Positions 16,608-25,609 are shown, numbered from the stretch's first letter. The stretch is 29,333 nucleotides of DNA from an uncultured Dehalococcoidia bacterium (GCA_950072105.1 CATMOE010000047.1:1-29333), one strand, 5' to 3'. Notes: a model not told the origin generated them from the sequence alone. Numbers and translations are program-made.

Positions 16608-18236
16608 ATGTCGATCACTGGACTTTCCAGACACCTGGTTTACGGGCAACGGGGCATGATTTGCTCCAATTCGCCCTTGGCCGCTTCCGTTGGAATCAAC
16701 GTGCTCAAGGACGGCGGCAACGCTTTCGACGCCGCGCTGGCCGTAGCGGCCACCGAGACGGTGACCATCATTCCATCCTGCGGCGTAGGGGGAGACTCCT
16801 TTGTGTTGCTCCACGAAGCCGCCACCGGCAAGGTGACGGGAGTAAACAGCAGCGGAATAGCCCCCAGCGGCGCGACGGGCGAATACTACCGGTCCCAGGG
16901 ATACGCCACCATGCCCTTGGAAGGTCCCCACTCCATATCGGTACCGGGGGAAGTGGCGGCCTGGGAGGTGATCCACCAGAATTTCTGCACGCTTCCCCTG
17001 GCCCAACTTCTGGCGCCCGCCGAGAATTACGCCCGGGAGGGTTTCCCAGTGCCCCCAGGCATCGGCAGGAACCTGGCCAACGGCGTGAGCAAGCTGTCCC
17101 AATTCCCTTCCACCGCCTCGGTCCTTTTGCCGAACGGCCGACCACCCAATGAAGGCGATATATTAGTGAATGCCGGCCTAGCCCGCACCTTACAACGGAT
17201 AGCCGCCGGAGGCGCCGATGCGTTTTACCGGGGTGAGTTAACCCGCGAGATGGTCGCCGCGCTACGCAGCGCCGGCGGCCTGTTTACCGAGGACGACTTC
17301 GCCGGACATTACGCCGAAGTTTACGACCCCCTCAGCACCATGTACCGGGGCCACACCGTCTATCAGACCCGCCCGCCGTCCCAGGGCTTTTTATTGTTGG
17401 AAATGCTGAACATGGTGGAAGGGTTCGACCTGGCCTCCCTGGGGCCCAATAGCGCCGAATCCATACATCTGATGGCCGAAGCCAAGAAGATCGCTTACAG
17501 CGACCGGAACCGGCTGGCCGGCGACCCCAAGTTCGTGGAATGGCCACTGGACCAGTTGATCTCCAAGGATTACGCCGCCCGCCGCCGGAGCGAGATCGAT
17601 CCCACTCGGGCCGCATCCGAGCTACCCGCCATCGAACCGGTGAAGGCCGGTGGCGACACCACTTACTTCTGCGTGGCCGACGGAGATGGCAACTGCGTCT
17701 CCTGGATCCACAGCCTTTCCAACGCCTTCGGCTCGGGATTCATCGCCGGGGATACCGGAGTCCTGTTTAACAACCGGGCCGGGCGTGGCTTCAGTTTGGA
17801 GGAGAACCACCCCAACGAGATCGAACCGGGCAAGCGGACGATGCACACCCTGAACTGCTACCTTACCACCAAGGACGGACAGCCGGCCATCGTCGGCGGC
17901 ACTCCGGGTGGGGATTTTCAGCCCCAATCCGGTCTCCAGATCCTGACCAACCTGATCGACTACGGCATGGATCCTCAGGAGGCAGTGGAAGCCCCGAGGT
18001 GGTGGAGCTTCCCCGGCACCGACCCGGAGAGCCTGGACACACCCATGGAGTTGCGGGTGGAGGCCGGAATGCCCGAGGCGGCGATACAGGGATTGGAAAA
18101 GCTGGGGCACAAAATCGCCCGCCGCAGGCCGGGAACTCACGACGGCAAGGTACAGCTGATCCTGCTGGACCGGGAGCGGGGCATCTTGAAGGGTGCTTCA
18201 GACCCCCGGGGCGACGGACACGCCGCCGCCTGGTAG
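16608..18236 (+). CDS. ggt: Gamma-glutamyltransferase family protein
   Basis: GGNAFDAALA, GVGGDSF, autoprocessing site GD|TTYFCVADGDGN, FGSG, NNR, PGKRTMHTLN, GTPGG, GASDPRGDG; start reassigned to ATG 16608. Confidence 0.93.
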   Translation: MSITGLSRHLVYGQRGMICSNSPLAASVGINVLKDGGNAFDAALAVAATETVTIIPSCGVGGDSFVLLHEAATGKVTGVNSSGIAPSGATGEYYRSQGYATMPLEGPHSISVPGEVAAWEVIHQNFCTLPLAQLLAPAENYAREGFPVPPGIGRNLANGVSKLSQFPSTASVLLPNGRPPNEGDILVNAGLARTLQRIAAGGADAFYRGELTREMVAALRSAGGLFTEDDFAGHYAEVYDPLSTMYRGHTVYQTRPPSQGFLLLEMLNMVEGFDLASLGPNSAESIHLMAEAKKIAYSDRNRLAGDPKFVEWPLDQLISKDYAARRRSEIDPTRAASELPAIEPVKAGGDTTYFCVADGDGNCVSWIHSLSNAFGSGFIAGDTGVLFNNRAGRGFSLEENHPNEIEPGKRTMHTLNCYLTTKDGQPAIVGGTPGGDFQPQSGLQILTNLIDYGMDPQEAVEAPRWWSFPGTDPESLDTPMELRVEAGMPEAAIQGLEKLGHKIARRRPGTHDGKVQLILLDRERGILKGASDPRGDGHAAAW

Positions 18237-18283
18237 GTTTTTTGGCTTGTGCCTTATCAAGCTGGTTAGTTATGTAGCCAATC

Positions 18284-18364
18284 ACCCCCATTCTAACCTT
18301 CCCCCATGAAGGGGGAAGGGACTTATCTCCTCCCCCCTTGTGGGGGAGGATTAAGGTGGGGGGT
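18284..18364. repeat. Inverted pair of C/G-run palindromic repeat units
   Basis: ACCCCCATTCTAACCTTCCCCCATGAAGGGGGAAGGGA followed by its approximate reverse complement; each arm has an internal hairpin. Confidence 0.7.
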
Positions 18365-18420
18365 CGTACTAAACGACTCTCATCCAATATCAGAATAGGT
18401 AAACCAACACGGGAGACACC

Positions 18421-19278
18421 ATGCCCGGGCACCGATTGCTGGCTCTTTTCGCCCATCCCGACGACGAGGCCTTCCCCGTTGGAGGAGCTCTGGCGGCTCA
18501 CGCGGCCCGGGGGGTGGAGATTCGCCTAGTCACCGCCACCTCAGGCGAAGAGGGGGAGATCCGGCAGGACGGCGCCGCTACCAGGGAGACCTTGGGCTCC
18601 ATCCGCCGGGTTGAACTGTCCTGCGCCGTCCAGGCATTGGGCCTAGCGAGCCACCGGGTATTGGGCTACCGGGACTCGGGGATGGCCGGTTCCGAGGCCA
18701 ACGAATACCCCAACGCCTATATCAACGTACCGGACGAGGAAATGGTGGAGCAACTGGTGGAAGAGATACGCCGTTTCCGGCCTCAGGTGGTGCTGACCTT
18801 CGAGTCTGGAGGACTATACGGCCACCCGGACCATATCGCTATCTCCCGTCAGACCACGGAAGCGGTGCGCCGGTCCGCCGACGCCAACGCGTTTCCCGGC
18901 CAGCTTGCAATTGGCCTGGAACCGTACGCTCCAGTGCGCCTGTTCTACAGCGCCCGGCCCCAGGGTTTCCGGATGGAGTGGGCCCAGGCATTGCGCAACG
19001 CCGGGATCGACTTTCCCCTGCCATCGCCGGAGCGGGCCCAAGAAGGTACACCCGCTAAAGAGATCCACCTCCAGATGGAAATAGACCTCCATCTGGAGCG
19101 GAAGATGGCCTGCATCCTATGCCACCGCACCCAGGTCGCCGCCGACTGGCCCTACCACCGGGTCTCCCGGGATGTTGCCCGAACCGTTCTTGGCCGGGAA
19201 TACTACATCCAGGCTTTGCCCCAGATAGCACCGGGGGAAACCGTCGCCGACGACTTCTTCGACGGCATTTCGACCTAG
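18421..19278 (+). CDS. PIG-L family deacetylase (MshB/Mca-like)
   Basis: FAHPDDE, TSGEEGE, YRDSGM, RPQVVLTF..GGLYGHPDH, CHRTQ. Confidence 0.92.
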   Translation: MPGHRLLALFAHPDDEAFPVGGALAAHAARGVEIRLVTATSGEEGEIRQDGAATRETLGSIRRVELSCAVQALGLASHRVLGYRDSGMAGSEANEYPNAYINVPDEEMVEQLVEEIRRFRPQVVLTFESGGLYGHPDHIAISRQTTEAVRRSADANAFPGQLAIGLEPYAPVRLFYSARPQGFRMEWAQALRNAGIDFPLPSPERAQEGTPAKEIHLQMEIDLHLERKMACILCHRTQVAADWPYHRVSRDVARTVLGREYYIQALPQIAPGETVADDFFDGIST

Positions 19279-19300
19279 CCGCGAGAAGCCAGTCTAACCA

Positions 19301-19376
19301 TGTGGTTCGACAAGCTCACCACGAACGGAGGGAGGAAAACCCATATTCCGTTCGTCCTGAGCCTGTCGAAGGACCA
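19301..19376. repeat. TTCGACAAGCTCA-type repeat, inverted pair
   Basis: TGTGGTTCGACAAGCTCACCACGAACGG ... CCGTTCGTCCTGAGCCTGTCGAAGGACCA between convergent genes. Confidence 0.8.
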
Positions 19377-19403
19377 CTAAGAGCACACCCGTATCCCCCG
19401 CCC

Positions 19404-19796
19404 CTACGCCTTGGGCCGCTGAATGATCTCCACGCTGACGTGGTCCGGGGCTTCGATGAAGGCGACCATGGATCCGGAAGGCATGGTCCAGGGCTCGCAG
19501 ATGAAGTTGGCATTGTTGGCGTGCAGATGGGCCGCGGCCTCCTCCATGTCGTCCACCTCAAAGCCAAAGTGGTCCAAACCATAGCGCGGCTCGTTGGAGC
19601 CGGGCACCGGGTCCTCCCCCTCGGCCCGTCCTGAGATGGTCATCAAGTGATGGCCGTTCAGTTCCAATTGAATCGACTTGGTGGTGGACAAAGGCCGCTC
19701 GGAAGTGATCTTGGCGCCGAAGTTGTCACAATAAAACTTGGCCGCGGCGTCGGGGTCTTCACTACGGAAATGGAGGTGATTGTAAACGAAATTCAT
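19404..19796 (-). CDS. VOC family protein (glyoxalase-like)
   Basis: NHLHFRSEDP.AAAKFY...FG, YGLDHFGFEVDD, AFIEAPDHVSVEIIQ; AAGGAG SD. Confidence 0.9.
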   Translation of the reverse strand: MNFVYNHLHFRSEDPDAAAKFYCDNFGAKITSERPLSTTKSIQLELNGHHLMTISGRAEGEDPVPGSNEPRYGLDHFGFEVDDMEEAAAHLHANNANFICEPWTMPSGSMVAFIEAPDHVSVEIIQRPKA

Positions 19797-19866
19797 CGGA
19801 TCGCTCCTTGTAATCCTTTTTGGCTAGCTCTTCTTGATCTGAGACCGGAAAGGCGGCGCGGCGCGC

Positions 19867-20727
19867 TTAGTTCATGAATTCCTTGGTCCAGGTGTCGTAG
19901 TCCGCCCGGCGGGTGACTTGACCCATCAGGTCCGGAGTCGCCAGGGTGGGCGTAAGGTCGCCGGGCACGACGCCGTCACGCAGGGCCTTGAGGGTATCGT
20001 AGATCGCTTTTACCGACGCGGAGAAGGACAGATGGCCTTGCAAGGCGATACGCACGCCGTTGGCCGACAAGAACGCCCGGTCGGAAAGCTCACCGCCGGC
20101 GCCGCCTAACATGAGAGGTATCTTTACCTCGGCACGCACCGCCTCCACCTCTGCCTTGGTCGTGGCGCCCGACAAGAACATCGCGTCCACACCAGCGGCC
20201 TCGTACGCCTTGGTCCGGCGGATGGCGTCTTCTACGCCCGTCACCGATAAAGCGCTGCTTCGTCCGGCGACCACCAGACTAGGGTCCTGCCGCCCGGACA
20301 AAGCGGCTTTCATCTTGCCGACGCCTTCTTCTATGGAGATCAACGCGGTCTCTCCGGTGCCGAACTGGCGGGGTAGCACCGTGTCCTCGATGGTCAGGGC
20401 CGACACCCCGGCCGATTCCAACTCCTCCACCGTCCGCTTGACGTTGAGGGCGTTGCCGTAGCCGTGGTCGGCGTCGACCATTAGGCTGAGGGTGCTGGCC
20501 CGGCAGATGCGGTGGATCTGCTGGGCGAACTCGGTCAGGGTTAGTACGATAATATCCGGCGCACCCAGAACGGTGAACGAAGCGATGGAGCCCGCCAGCA
20601 TGCCGACCTCGAAGCCCAAGTCCTCGGCAATCCGGGCCGAGATGGGGTCGAACACCGACGCCGGGTGGACGCATTGGTCGCCCGCCAGAACTGCCCGGTA
20701 CCTTTCTCGTCTTTCGGTGAGGTTCAT
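19867..20727 (-). CDS. Oxaloacetate decarboxylase-like protein (isocitrate lyase/PEP mutase superfamily)
   Basis: ASVFDPISARIAEDLGFE, LGAPD...LTLTEF, VDADHGYGNALNV.RTVEELE.AG, TIEDTVLP.QFG, EEGVGK as in the Pseudomonas PA4872-type enzyme; no KKCGH loop. Confidence 0.85.
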   Translation of the reverse strand: MNLTERRERYRAVLAGDQCVHPASVFDPISARIAEDLGFEVGMLAGSIASFTVLGAPDIIVLTLTEFAQQIHRICRASTLSLMVDADHGYGNALNVKRTVEELESAGVSALTIEDTVLPRQFGTGETALISIEEGVGKMKAALSGRQDPSLVVAGRSSALSVTGVEDAIRRTKAYEAAGVDAMFLSGATTKAEVEAVRAEVKIPLMLGGAGGELSDRAFLSANGVRIALQGHLSFSASVKAIYDTLKALRDGVVPGDLTPTLATPDLMGQVTRRADYDTWTKEFMN

Positions 20728-20809
20728 AAGTCTCCTTTACTGAGACATTCGAGATATGTCTCGAAGTTGCCTGAGATATACTTAGACGCCCGAAGGCGTG
20801 GCACATTTT

Positions 20810-20876
20810 AGCATAGAGTTCTTGGGGAAGGGTCTGGGAAACCCTTTCTTGCAAGAAAGGGTTTCCCAGAGGCCCC
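20810..20876. repeat. 67-bp element with perfect 36-bp internal palindrome (copy 1)
   Basis: Core CTGGGAAACCCTTTCTTGCAAGAAAGGGTTTCCCAG; 64/67 identical to the reverse complement of 23653-23719. Confidence 0.9.
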
Positions 20877-20925
20877 ACTTAAATAACCTTATCCTGTACC
20901 TTAGATCTCTCGCGGCGAGGTAAGA

Positions 20926-21792
20926 TTGGAAATCCTGGGCGTGGACTTCAGCGGGGCGGCCCCCGACAACAACACCTGGGTCGCGGCGGGTACGCTGGCC
21001 GACGGCGGTTTGGAGTTGCGGGAATGCTTCCCGGCCGGCCGGGACCGGGTGGCCCAGATGCTGATCGACTTGCCCTCCGGCTCGGTGGCCGCTCTGGATT
21101 TTCCTTTCTCGGTGCCTCTGCTCTTTGCCGATTACTGGAGGCCCGGCGCCCAAGACATGACTCAGCTTTGGACCGCCGCCGCTGCCATGGAACCGGCCGA
21201 GTTCATGAAGTTGCGGGACGATTTCGTGTCCCAACATGGGGAACCCAAGCGGGTGATCGACCGTTCCCATACCGAGGCCTACTCCTGCCTTCATAAAGTA
21301 AACCCCAACATGGTGCCCATGACCTTCCGGGGGATGCAGATGCTGGCTCGGTTATGGCCCGCCGGCTGCGACGTCCCTCCGCTGCCAGCCCAGAATGCCG
21401 GTAAAGCGGTGCTATTGGAGGTGATGCCCGGAGCGGTCCTCAGGTCCCTAGGGCTGCCCTATAAAGGCTACAAGAACGGAGTACGCCGCCTCGAATTGCG
21501 GCGGACTATCCTGGACAACCTGCCCAATGTGTGTCCGGTAGGGTTGCCCAATCTCCAAGAGTTCCGGGAGATCTGCATGTCCAGCCACGACTGTTTGGAC
21601 GCCGTGGTTGCCGCCCTAGCCGCCTCCTTATGGTCCATCGACCCCAGCTTGTTTGGATTGCCCAACGTGGACGGCGATGGCCAAGACCCCTTGTCTTTGC
21701 CCGGATCCGTGCTAAGGCTTGAAGGTTGGCTGTACGCTCCCATCGCCACCGTCAAAACCGGTGCTGTTGCCGCAACTCCGCCCAGCCAGTAA
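20926..21792 (+). CDS. DUF429 domain protein (predicted RNase H-fold nuclease)
   Basis: ILGVDFSGA, ALDFPFSVP, LEVMPGAVL, DCLDAVVAA, EGWLY; TTG start with GAGGT SD. Confidence 0.8.
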   Translation: MEILGVDFSGAAPDNNTWVAAGTLADGGLELRECFPAGRDRVAQMLIDLPSGSVAALDFPFSVPLLFADYWRPGAQDMTQLWTAAAAMEPAEFMKLRDDFVSQHGEPKRVIDRSHTEAYSCLHKVNPNMVPMTFRGMQMLARLWPAGCDVPPLPAQNAGKAVLLEVMPGAVLRSLGLPYKGYKNGVRRLELRRTILDNLPNVCPVGLPNLQEFREICMSSHDCLDAVVAALAASLWSIDPSLFGLPNVDGDGQDPLSLPGSVLRLEGWLYAPIATVKTGAVAATPPSQ

Positions 21793-21870
21793 GCTGTGTG
21801 CGGCTCCTTTATTCCGGTAGGAGCCAGCATATCTGACAGTAAGGTAATCTGAAACGAGAAAGGGGAAAAC

Positions 21871-22212
21871 ATGGTTCAGATAGTTCGCGTATATTCCGGC
21901 GACGACGGGGAGTCCCACTTCGAGCACCTAACGCCCGATCAACTGGCCGAAATCGTCTTTCCTATAGGCGCGGGAGAAATCACCCTGGGCCGGCGCCCCT
22001 CACCAACCTTCTCCGATTTTCATACCGCGCCGCGCCGCCAATACGTGGTCAACCTGGCCGGTATCGCCGAGTTCGAGACCGCCGACGGAACCAAGGTTCG
22101 AATGGTGCCGGGTGACGTCCTCGTAGCCGAAGACCTGACCGGCCACGGCCACATCGCCCGAAGCATCGGCGACGAGCCGAGAGTCTCGTTGGCCATACCA
22201 ATGCCCGACTAA
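21871..22212 (+). CDS. Cupin domain protein
   Basis: RVYSGDDGESHFE, DFHTAPRRQYVVNLAG..E....DG, PGDVLVAEDLTGHGH. Confidence 0.85.
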   Translation: MVQIVRVYSGDDGESHFEHLTPDQLAEIVFPIGAGEITLGRRPSPTFSDFHTAPRRQYVVNLAGIAEFETADGTKVRMVPGDVLVAEDLTGHGHIARSIGDEPRVSLAIPMPD

Positions 22213-22252
22213 CAGAAAAACTTGGTCAGGGTACCTGGTAGTGGAGACTTGT

Positions 22253-22289
22253 AAGCCCCCCTTTCGTAAAGGGGGTTTGGGGGGATTTC
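22253..22289. repeat. CCCCCCTTT-AAAGGGGG hairpin repeat (copy 1)
   Basis: AAGCCCCCCTTTCGTAAAGGGGGTTTGGGGGGATTTC, 36/37 identical to 25610-25646. Confidence 0.85.
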
Positions 22290-22292
22290 CCC

Positions 22293-23585
22293 CTAAACCA
22301 CGCCGGAAACCAGGTACTTCAGGTGCAACAAACCCTGTTGCCGCCGGGCGTTGTTTGCCACTTTTTGGGAGTCAGCAGCCCAGTCCGGGTCAACGAGTTG
22401 CCCGGTCATCTCCCGGGTTAACTCATTGTCTTGGAGCTTTCCGAAACGATGATAAAGCTCCAAGTAACTTTCGGCCCTCCGGGCATCCCCGCCCATCTCC
22501 GCCAAACCGTGCAGGCAGGGTAGAACCACGTTAACCGCCAGGTCGCGGGCCCGTCCAATACCCACTGGAGCCGGACCCGGCGCCGGTCCGCTGGCAACGG
22601 CCAGAGCCGATGTCAGAAGCGCAGGCTTGCCGGTTGCGGCGATATCGCTTAGTCCTTCCACCAACCCCGGCTCCAAATAGCGGACCACCATCCTCGCGGC
22701 CCCGGCGATGCGCCGAAGAGGATGGTTGGCAGGACGCACCCGGAAACAGTGCCAAACTTGGGCCGGCAGGGGCGTCCCAAAACCGGCTCTGGGAAGGGTT
22801 TTCGGCTTGCTGTGCTCCGGTGAGAATAGACCCGACAGCGTAATCAGCCAATGTTCGATGGCGGGCGCCCGTTCCTCCGCCGGTAAGCGGATGGCCGCCC
22901 GATGCAATGCTCCATAACCGGCCCGCTGCGCCAGCAACAGGAAAGCGTGTTGGTTCTGGCGGTAGACCAGGCCCTCCATAAGCCCTTCGTATAGGGTCTG
23001 GTCCGGGTCCTGCTCCGCCAGAAAGGATCGAAAAACCCGGCTCTTCCCGGCAAACCGTTCGTCTCCGGCCCGGTCCAACAAAACGCCCATCTCGACTGCG
23101 CTGGCCGGCCTGGGGTAACCCTGTCCGGACAGAATCTCCCACAGTGGACCGCCCTGGTCTCCAGTCTCCGGGTCTTCGTCTTCCATCAGCGAGGCGAGGG
23201 AAATCACCGGCGCGCTCTGTCCGCTTTGCAGCCGGGTGGTGGCTGACTGGACCTCCAGGGCGGCGTGCAATACCACGCCGTTGTACCTGGGGTCGCCGCC
23301 GTGGCCATGCGACTTCCAGTCCCGTTGGCGAATGTGTATCTCCACGTCGCCCTGGACCAGGCCCACGCCTTCCACTTCCAACAAAGCGTCCCGGAAGTCA
23401 GGCCCGGCGGTGTGGCCGGGTCGGCCGGGGTAGAGGATCCTTATTCGAAGTCCGTCTGGAGAACGAAACGAAGCCTGCTGGGCCGCCCGCCGCTGCCACA
23501 GGTTAGCCAGCAACTTTTCGGGTATATCCAACGGGACCTTGGACTCGTAAGACGGACCCGATTCTTTTATTACTGCGACGACCAA
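22293..23585 (-). CDS. DUF2851 family protein
   Basis: EKLLANLW, YPGRP...AGPDF.DA, GDVEIH....DW..HGH..DP.YN.VVLH, RPAN.P.RR, NVVLP, QQGLL. Confidence 0.88.
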   Translation of the reverse strand: MVVAVIKESGPSYESKVPLDIPEKLLANLWQRRAAQQASFRSPDGLRIRILYPGRPGHTAGPDFRDALLEVEGVGLVQGDVEIHIRQRDWKSHGHGGDPRYNGVVLHAALEVQSATTRLQSGQSAPVISLASLMEDEDPETGDQGGPLWEILSGQGYPRPASAVEMGVLLDRAGDERFAGKSRVFRSFLAEQDPDQTLYEGLMEGLVYRQNQHAFLLLAQRAGYGALHRAAIRLPAEERAPAIEHWLITLSGLFSPEHSKPKTLPRAGFGTPLPAQVWHCFRVRPANHPLRRIAGAARMVVRYLEPGLVEGLSDIAATGKPALLTSALAVASGPAPGPAPVGIGRARDLAVNVVLPCLHGLAEMGGDARRAESYLELYHRFGKLQDNELTREMTGQLVDPDWAADSQKVANNARRQQGLLHLKYLVSGVV

Positions 23586-23652
23586 ATCCGGCTACCTCAG
23601 AATAATCCTACTCAACGAATTATATACGTAAATGGACAAAGGTTCCTTAGGA

Positions 23653-23719
23653 GGGGCCGCTGGGGAACCCTTTCTTGCAAGAAAGGGTTCCCCAGACCCT
23701 TCCCCAAGAACTCTATGCT
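23653..23719. repeat. 67-bp element with perfect 36-bp internal palindrome (copy 2, inverted)
   Basis: Core CTGGGGAACCCTTTCTTGCAAGAAAGGGTTCCCCAG; inverted relative to copy 1. Confidence 0.9.
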
Positions 23720-23723
23720 CTTA

Positions 23724-23732
23724 TGTTAAACT
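23724..23732 (+). promoter_or_regulatory. Extended -10 element; probable leaderless transcript for the SDR gene
   Basis: TGtTAAACT ends 6 nt before ATG 23739; no SD (intervening sequence TCCTCC). Confidence 0.5.
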
Positions 23733-23738
23733 TCCTCC

Positions 23739-24491
23739 ATGAGACTAGAAGGCAAGGTAGTTTTTATCAGCGGTGGGGCCCAGGGGATGGGCGCCGCCGA
23801 AGCCCGGCTATTCGCCGCGGAAGGCGCCATGGTCGCCATCGGCGACGTCCTGGAAGAAGAAGGACGCCGTGTCGCCGCCCAGATCGGCGAAGCCGGCGGC
23901 AAGGCCATCTTCCTGGCCCTGGATGTAACCAGCGAGTCCCAGTGGCAGGACGCCATCGCCGCCACCGTGGCCGAGTTCGGCAAGCTAGACATCCTTGTGA
24001 ACAACGCCGGGATCGGCGGTCACGGCACCGTGGAGAACACCACTGTCGCCGATTGGGACCGGGTCATGGACATCAACGCCAAGGGCGTCTTTCTGGGGAC
24101 CAAATCGGCCATACCCGAATTGCGGCGGGCCGGGGGTGGCTCCATCATCAACATCTCTTCCCAGTTGGGACTAGTGGGGGTGGACAACAGCAGCCCCCAG
24201 TACCAAGCGTCTAAAGGCGCGGTCCGGCTGCTCACCAAGTCCACCGCTATCCAGTACGCCGGAGAGGGCATCAGGGCGAACTCGGTCCACCCGGGACCGA
24301 TCGTCACCCCCATGACCGAGGCGGGCCGAGCCGACCCGGAACGAAACGAGTTGACCCTGTCGCGGATCCCCCTGGGCCGCCACGGAGAACCCGACGACGT
24401 GGCCTACGGCGTCCTGTTCCTAGCCTCCGACGAGTCGTCATTCATGACCGGCAGCGAACTGGTCATCGACGGCGGCTGGACGGCCCAGTAA
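23739..24491 (+). CDS. Short-chain dehydrogenase/reductase (glucose 1-dehydrogenase/hydroxysteroid dehydrogenase-like)
   Basis: SGGAQGMG, LVNNAGI, NISS, YQASK, NSVHPG, GSELVIDGG. Confidence 0.95.
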   Translation: MRLEGKVVFISGGAQGMGAAEARLFAAEGAMVAIGDVLEEEGRRVAAQIGEAGGKAIFLALDVTSESQWQDAIAATVAEFGKLDILVNNAGIGGHGTVENTTVADWDRVMDINAKGVFLGTKSAIPELRRAGGGSIINISSQLGLVGVDNSSPQYQASKGAVRLLTKSTAIQYAGEGIRANSVHPGPIVTPMTEAGRADPERNELTLSRIPLGRHGEPDDVAYGVLFLASDESSFMTGSELVIDGGWTAQ

Positions 24492-24508
24492 ACTCTACCC
24501 GCGGCTGG

Positions 24509-25477
24509 TCACGGCGTGAGTAGAATCTTTCCGGTGCTTTGGCGGCCCTCCAACTGACGATGGGCTTCCACCGCTTGCTCCAACGGCAGAGTCTGGCTTA
24601 CGTGCAGCTTCAATTCCCCGGATCCCACCCACCCCAGCACTTCGTTGGCCCTTTGAAGCAACTCCTCCCTGGTGGCGGTATAGTCGCCTAGGCTGGGTCT
24701 GGTCAGGAAACAGGAGCCGTTGCGTATCGCGCCGGAATCGAAGGGACCCACCGGGCCGCTGGCTTGTCCATACAGCGCCATATAACCCCGCCGCCCCAGA
24801 CAGTTCAAACCCTTTTCGAAGGTAGTCTGACCGACCGCGTCGTAGACGATGCGCACACCCTCGCCCCCGGTGGCCTTTTTGACTTCTTCTTCGAAGTCCT
24901 GCTGGGTGTACAAGATCACATTATCGGCGCCGGCGTCTTTGGCCAGTTGCGCCTTGGATTCAGTGGACACGGTGGTAAAAACTTCGGCCCCCAGTCGCTT
25001 CAACATCTGGATGAGTAGCAGTCCCATGCCTCCGGCGCCGGCATGGACCAGAGCGCGGTCTCCGGGGTTCAAGCGGGTGATTCCGAACACCAAAAAGTGG
25101 GCGGTCATTCCCTGCAGCATCGCCGCCGAGCCAGTGGCGAAGTCCATCTGATCCGGCAGTCCCACCAGGAGCCAGGAAGGGACGGCGGCCTGCTCGGCGT
25201 AGGAACCGGTGTGCATGGCGTAAGCCACCCGGTCGCCCACGGCGACTTCGGTGACACCTTCGCCCACGGCGGTGACCACTCCCGCCGCCTCCCGGCCCGG
25301 CGTCCAGGGAAAGTTGGCTGGGGGATTCGTCCCTTTGCGGCTGGACACATCGGTGTAGTTAACCCCGATGGACCGTATATCCACCAGCGCCTGCCCCGGG
25401 TCCAGCTCCGGACTAGGCACATCCTCATAGCGCAGCACTTCGGGACCGCCTATCTCATGGGCTCTTACCGCTTTCAT
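24509..25477 (-). CDS. qor: NADPH:quinone oxidoreductase (zeta-crystallin/MDR family)
   Basis: GGPEVLRYED, IGVNYTD, AAMLQGMTAH.L, LVHAGAGGMG, YGQASG, FLTRPSL, R.STGKILL; start reassigned to ATG 25477 (AGGAGG SD). Confidence 0.92.
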   Translation of the reverse strand: MKAVRAHEIGGPEVLRYEDVPSPELDPGQALVDIRSIGVNYTDVSSRKGTNPPANFPWTPGREAAGVVTAVGEGVTEVAVGDRVAYAMHTGSYAEQAAVPSWLLVGLPDQMDFATGSAAMLQGMTAHFLVFGITRLNPGDRALVHAGAGGMGLLLIQMLKRLGAEVFTTVSTESKAQLAKDAGADNVILYTQQDFEEEVKKATGGEGVRIVYDAVGQTTFEKGLNCLGRRGYMALYGQASGPVGPFDSGAIRNGSCFLTRPSLGDYTATREELLQRANEVLGWVGSGELKLHVSQTLPLEQAVEAHRQLEGRQSTGKILLTP

Positions 25478-25609
25478 ACCGGTCCTCCTGAAATCTTCTA
25501 TTTCAACTTTGTCCGGGTGACAGCGTACATCAGATCGAATAATGGTGACAGTTTCACCGCCACAGCACGGTGACGCAGAGAACACGAAGGAGGTCAACCC
25601 CAACACGCA

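Noticed and set aside
18421..19278. Assigning the symbol mshB or mca to the PIG-L protein
   Set aside because: Family motifs are clear but substrate specificity cannot be determined and no mycothiol genes are adjacent
11056..19376. Identical 28-nt repeats as a CRISPR array
   Set aside because: Copies are kilobases apart, no regular repeat-spacer pattern and no cas genes
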